64,000 bases of DNA from Escherichia phage vB_EcoS_HdH2. The notes beneath the pieces were generated by a model. It saw only the letters and a list, made by a program, of their open reading frames with translations. It did not search any database and was not told where the DNA came from. This document shows, one piece after another, positions 60,449 to 64,000 of this stretch (position 1 is its first letter; each line of letters opens with the position of its first letter). Where the stretch lies: sequence record NC_048748.1, one strand, 5' to 3'. The translations under genes and the position numbers were made by a program.

Positions 60449-61426
60449 ATGAGGCTTTATAAACCAGATAACGCAACCGTCTTAAAAGGTGCATTGCGCA
60501 ACCTGCTGGATGGTAGCAGAACAACCAGCATTAAACACTTTGTTAACAAGGCCGAAGATATTCACCAAAATTTTTTTGATGATTTCGACGCCTATGATAT
60601 GAGTAGCTTTTTGCAACTATATAAGCAAGGGGCAACGATTATCTTATATAATCGAGATAATCACCTGCTTACTAGCAGGGGGCCGGACACTGATTTCATA
60701 ATCGTAAAAGGTAACACAGTAAAAGCCTATGATACTGGGGCGGGCTTAGAAGTTTTTTCAATAGAAAACTATGAAGCCAACCCCAATGATCTTTATGACG
60801 TTGAAAACTTTCTTGATTCATTTTGGCGTTATTTATCCGTTGGCTGGAATCGGTCAATTGGTGACGGGTATCGTCTGGCGGCTGTAATGGCTTTTGATGA
60901 TAACGGTAATTTTTTGTTACCGTCGGAAGTATACCCATACGTATATGATGGGGATATAGAAAGCGCGGGCTTTTCTTTCTGGAAGGAGGAGGATCAGCCT
61001 ATTGACAACACGGAAAAACATGCTGTAAATTCTAACACTCAAACCATTGAAAACAAAGGAAAAAATGCCATGACCAAGATCGCTAATATCGTTGCCGCTA
61101 ATAAGTCCGCCGTTGTAAATGCTGCAAAACTGGAAGCGGGTAAAATTGCACTGACTCAAATTACGAAAGTAGCGGCTAAAAAAGCACCGTTTATTATCAA
61201 GGGTTATATTGATACGCCGATTGGTCGGGTAGTGATTGCCAACCTGCTGAGCGTAGCGGTTGACCAGTACTCCCCTAGCAACCAAAAGGCGAAAGCGGTA
61301 GCGGATGCAGCTATGGAAGCGGCTATGTTAGAAATGGTACAAAGTTTTAACATCGCTGAAATGATTGACGAAATGGTGAAAGGTATTGATATTTCTACTT
61401 TTACCGTTAACACCGAAAACGAGTAA
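60449..61426 (+). CDS. hypothetical protein
   Basis: 325 aa; GAGG SD; terminator downstream. Confidence 0.65.
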   Translation: MRLYKPDNATVLKGALRNLLDGSRTTSIKHFVNKAEDIHQNFFDDFDAYDMSSFLQLYKQGATIILYNRDNHLLTSRGPDTDFIIVKGNTVKAYDTGAGLEVFSIENYEANPNDLYDVENFLDSFWRYLSVGWNRSIGDGYRLAAVMAFDDNGNFLLPSEVYPYVYDGDIESAGFSFWKEEDQPIDNTEKHAVNSNTQTIENKGKNAMTKIANIVAANKSAVVNAAKLEAGKIALTQITKVAAKKAPFIIKGYIDTPIGRVVIANLLSVAVDQYSPSNQKAKAVADAAMEAAMLEMVQSFNIAEMIDEMVKGIDISTFTVNTENE

Positions 61427-61451
61427 TAGTTAACCTAGTGTAAAGTTTTGT

Positions 61452-61480
61452 AAAGGTCGCCATAATCGGCGACCTTTTTT
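61452..61480 (+). terminator. intrinsic terminator
   Basis: aaaggtcgcc-ataat-cggcgaccttt followed by tttttt. Confidence 0.7.
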
Positions 61481-61544
61481 GTTATAATGCCTTTACACCG
61501 TTCGAGGACGGTTGAAAATTTTCCCAAAAATTTGGAGGCTTAAA

Positions 61545-61775
61545 ATGGTTGCTTATTCTTCTTCTGACTCTCTTTTCACTGGAAAAGGTTGGGTGTCCAA
61601 TCGCTGGATCATTCAAGAAATGGTGCAAGAATACGGCATTGCTAAAACTTACACTACCATTCAGGCGCTTTATGATAATGATCAGATTGATCAGCAGACA
61701 GCTGGCTTTTTGCTGGATACCCTGAAGGCGGAACATTGTACTAAAAAACAAGCCGCCAAAATCGTTTTAATGTAA
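61545..61775 (+). CDS. hypothetical small protein
   Basis: 76 aa from ATG 61545 after TGGAGG. Confidence 0.5.
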   Translation: MVAYSSSDSLFTGKGWVSNRWIIQEMVQEYGIAKTYTTIQALYDNDQIDQQTAGFLLDTLKAEHCTKKQAAKIVLM

Positions 61776-61821
61776 TTAATAACGGGGCGTTATTTTCGCC
61801 CCACTAACTAGGAGAATGAAA

Positions 61822-61968
61822 ATGGTTATTTTTCGAGCTATTCTGGCGGGTATCTTGGGCGCTATTTTATCTTTGTTTGCAATAGCTTTCGACGTTCACG
61901 CGGTTATTATTGGCGCGGGTATCGCTGTTTTTTCTTATTTGCTGGGCTGCATGAATAAAGGAGAATAA
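61822..61968 (+). CDS. small membrane protein (48 aa)
   Basis: AGGAG upstream; MVIFRAILAGILGAILSLFAIAFDVHAVIIGAGIAVFSYLLGCMNKGE. Confidence 0.5.
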   Translation: MVIFRAILAGILGAILSLFAIAFDVHAVIIGAGIAVFSYLLGCMNKGE

Positions 61969-61970
61969 AA

Positions 61971-62183
61971 ATGATCCGCAACGTTTCTCTTGCTCGTTCA
62001 AAAGGTTTTAAGCTGGTGGACGTTAACACGTTCGAACGGGAAGATTGTAAAATCGAATATATAGCACGGAATAAAAACGCCTTCCGTGTTACAGAAAAGA
62101 AATTCGATAAACGGGGTAACGTGATAGCTGAAACGGTTAAATATTTTGCCACCTTTTACGCTGCGTTTCGTGGGGTACTATGA
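61971..62183 (+). CDS. hypothetical small protein
   Basis: 70 aa, AAAGGAG upstream. Confidence 0.5.
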   Translation: MIRNVSLARSKGFKLVDVNTFEREDCKIEYIARNKNAFRVTEKKFDKRGNVIAETVKYFATFYAAFRGVL

Positions 62184-62305
62184 AAAGCGTTATTGTTATT
62201 CTCCTTGCAATGGTTGGCGGTTTTACCGCCACCTTATTTAAGAATGATCCCCTTTTACTGGGGATTTTTATGCTTTTATCTGGTTATCTGATCGGGAGGT
62301 TATAA
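62180..62305 (+). CDS. small membrane protein (41 aa)
   Basis: ATGA overlap; MKSVIVILLAMVGGFTATLFKNDPLLLGIFMLLSGYLIGRL. Confidence 0.45.
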   Translation: MKSVIVILLAMVGGFTATLFKNDPLLLGIFMLLSGYLIGRL

Positions 62306-62306
62306 A

Positions 62307-62651
62307 ATGGTAATTTATGAGGGCAACCGCTTTGTTACTAATTGCCGCCCGGCATTATTAGCAAACTACTTAAACCAGCTTTCACCTGAATATAAGGGCG
62401 TTGTTAATATTTACGAGGGAAAAGCGCATTATAAGATTAATGCGGTCGTTGCCCGTGAACTAGCATTTCAATTTTTGACCTTCGCATCGTGTGATATTCA
62501 GGTCATGGGTGAAGCATTAATAGCAGAAAATGAAGACGATTTTATTAATATTTTCCGCAAGGTATGCACCGAGCGCCTGATCATGAAAGGTGTATATATT
62601 CAATCAACGGCGGAAAGTATTGAAACGGCTTTTCGAAAGGTGGCACAATGA
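62307..62651 (+). CDS. hypothetical protein
   Basis: 114 aa; GGGAGG SD. Confidence 0.55.
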   Translation: MVIYEGNRFVTNCRPALLANYLNQLSPEYKGVVNIYEGKAHYKINAVVARELAFQFLTFASCDIQVMGEALIAENEDDFINIFRKVCTERLIMKGVYIQSTAESIETAFRKVAQ

Positions 62652-62753
62652 GATTATATATTTTCGCGGGTAATGTTGAGGCTGCAAATGATTCCGCTGG
62701 TGGCGATAATGTTCGCCACTATTGGCAAAAATATATTTACTAGGAGCTATATA

Positions 62754-62948
62754 ATGGGCAAGAATATTATTGTGACCAAAATCAGTACAATGGTTGACGT
62801 TTTTTACGTGCCCGATACGCCAGAAAACCGGCAAGCGGTCGAGCGGGGCGATTATGGTAGCGTTATTTATGATCACGATGGCTATTATCGGCATTTGGTC
62901 GATTCCTATGGGGAGGAGGAGAAGATCACGCATCGACTACCAGACTAA
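62754..62948 (+). CDS. hypothetical small protein (start uncertain)
   Basis: ATG 62754 after AGGAG; ORF track extends the frame to 62673. Confidence 0.45.
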   Translation: MGKNIIVTKISTMVDVFYVPDTPENRQAVERGDYGSVIYDHDGYYRHLVDSYGEEEKITHRLPD

Positions 62949-63025
62949 TAATCACGGGGCGCAACTATCAGGGAGTGCCCCAATTCCCAAATGAGAATCA
63001 TTCTCATTTGACCGCGCCCGTGATG

Positions 63026-63093
63026 GTTAGCCCGCTAACGATTAGGGTGTTACGTGTTGCCTTGTGTGATCGTTAGCGGGCTAACTAATTTTT
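63026..63093 (+). terminator. large hairpin plus T-run after the small-gene operon
   Basis: gttagcccgctaacg ... cgttagcgggctaac (15-bp arms, ~30-nt loop) followed by taattttt. Confidence 0.45.
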
Positions 63094-63205
63094 AAGCCTC
63101 CTCCAATTTTGCCCTTGTTTTAGTATCCCCACCAAAATTAAACGCGTTAGAATGCGATTCAGGACGTTTTAGCGGTATATTAGAATTATTCACTACATAG
63201 GAATA

Positions 63206-63313
63206 CTGTATAAATATACAGTAGGATAAGCTGTGGATAAGTCTGTTAATAACGCCTCAAAATGGCTAGGATTCTGTCAAGTCAAATCGTGCTGTTAATA
63301 AGTCTGTGGATAA
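63206..63313 (-). promoter_or_regulatory. right inverted-repeat module: LexA-like SOS box plus two DnaA boxes
   Basis: TACTGTATAAATATACAGTA (19/20 to LexA consensus); TGTGGATAA at 63232 and 63305 (TTATCCACA on minus strand). Confidence 0.7.
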
Positions 63314-63511
63314 CTTAAATAACAGTGTTTCTCACTTCCATTCTTAAACGAGAATGATTCTCATTTGCATTCCACTGTCTAACCGATAATCATTTCCTTT
63401 CTTAAATGAGAATCATTTCACTTTTTGAATAGTTCTCATTTCACTTCTTAAATGAGAATCATTATCATTCGCATTCCACTTCTTAAATGATAATGATTCT
63501 CATTCAAAGTC

Positions 63512-63536
63512 GCAGGGCAATTGCCCTGCGCTTTTG
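63512..63536 (+). terminator. palindromic hairpin plus T-run
   Basis: gcagggcaattgccctgc followed by gcttttg. Confidence 0.5.
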
Positions 63537-63755
63537 TGCAAATCCGACATGTGCTCCAAGGGTTACGTGCTGGCGTGTATGTGCAAATCCGACAATTTTT
63601 GGTAGTGTGCAAATCCGACCCGAAAAATTTATAAATTCGTGAGAGTGACGAATCTGTCTCCTAAAAACTCCAGCAATCACGAACTGCGTTCGAATCCTGT
63701 GGAATTAGCTAGAGTATGTGCAAATCCGACATGTGTTGAGCTGTGCGAATCCGAT
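63536..63755 (+). repeat. five direct repeats of GTGC(A/G)AATCCGA(C/T)
   Basis: Copies at 63536, 63581, 63607, 63718, 63743 with irregular spacing. Confidence 0.7.
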
Positions 63756-63779
63756 GAAATTTTTGTGACTTCGATGAGA

Positions 63780-63940
63780 GGGTGTGTGATTGTATAGGTT
63801 TGAGGAGAAGATGAGAGAGCGAGAAAAATTTGGGAGGCTAGAAGGATGTGGGTGCAGGATTGGTGCGGAGCACCTGATTTGCGGGGATTTTGGGGAAGAG
63901 TTGAGAAGATTTGGGAAGATTTGAGATAGGTGCAGAAAAA
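63780..63940 (+). repeat. purine-rich strand-asymmetric tract with GATTTGGGAAG-type repeats
   Basis: About 160 bp almost devoid of C on the plus strand; repeated gagaagat and tttggg(g)aag units; no ORF. Confidence 0.6.
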
Positions 63941-64000
63941 GCGAAATTTTATTAGCTAAATGGGGCAAAATAGCTTGACAAGTGAAAATTCTTGTGGCTC

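Larger units (their letters stand above)
62989..63502. repeat. array of 7-1-7 palindromes TGAGAAT-N-ATTCTCA (Fur-box-like)
   Basis: Copies centred near 62999, 63356, 63414, 63460, 63495, most preceded by TTCTTAAA; variants TGATAATGATTCTCA and TGAGAATCATTATCA. Confidence 0.6.

Noticed and set aside
60696-61285. Minus-strand ORFs of 80 and 122 aa
   Set aside because: Antisense to the 325-aa plus-strand gene, which has the better start context and a downstream terminator.
63680-63700. tRNA-like T-loop motif GCGTTCGAATCC
   Set aside because: Flanking bases cannot form a T-arm stem or an acceptor/anticodon structure; no tRNA could be folded here or elsewhere in the non-coding regions inspected.
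63536-63755. Possible CRISPR array from the GTGCAAATCCGAC repeats
   Set aside because: Repeats are only 13-14 bp with irregular spacing (26-111 bp) and no cas genes; not a CRISPR architecture.

Overview
This window reads as a T5-like siphophage (Tequintavirus-type) genome segment; all calls rest on motifs read by eye and on gene order, with no database search run. Layout: (i) 1-24.5 kb, plus-strand early/replication module (Sir2-like and HAD-like proteins, origin-binding-type helicase, split NAD-dependent ligase, DnaB-like helicase, primase, family A DNA polymerase of 855 aa, SF2 helicase, SbcD/SbcC-like nuclease pair, flap endonuclease, dUTPase), driven by sigma70-type promoters, one matching the classic T5 PN25 sequence as I recall it. 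(ii) 24.6-52.6 kb, minus-strand late module (two L-shaped tail fibre genes, straight-fibre/baseplate genes, tape measure, tail tube, major capsid, protease, decoration, portal, terminase, receptor-binding protein). (iii) A divergently transcribed lipoprotein gene (llp-like) followed by four tiny membrane ORFs. (iv) 53.9-58.5 kb, minus-strand pre-early-type genes (HAD dmp-like, A1-like metallophosphoesterase, HNH endonuclease, small ORFs). (v) 58.5-64 kb, a repeat-rich terminal-type region. The most unusual signal is in (v): a 3-kb small-gene cassette bounded by ~100-bp inverted repeats carrying perfect DnaA boxes and near-consensus LexA boxes, followed by an array of Fur-box-like palindromes, five GTGCAAATCCGAC repeats and a purine-only tract. 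No tRNA, rRNA or CRISPR array was recognised.
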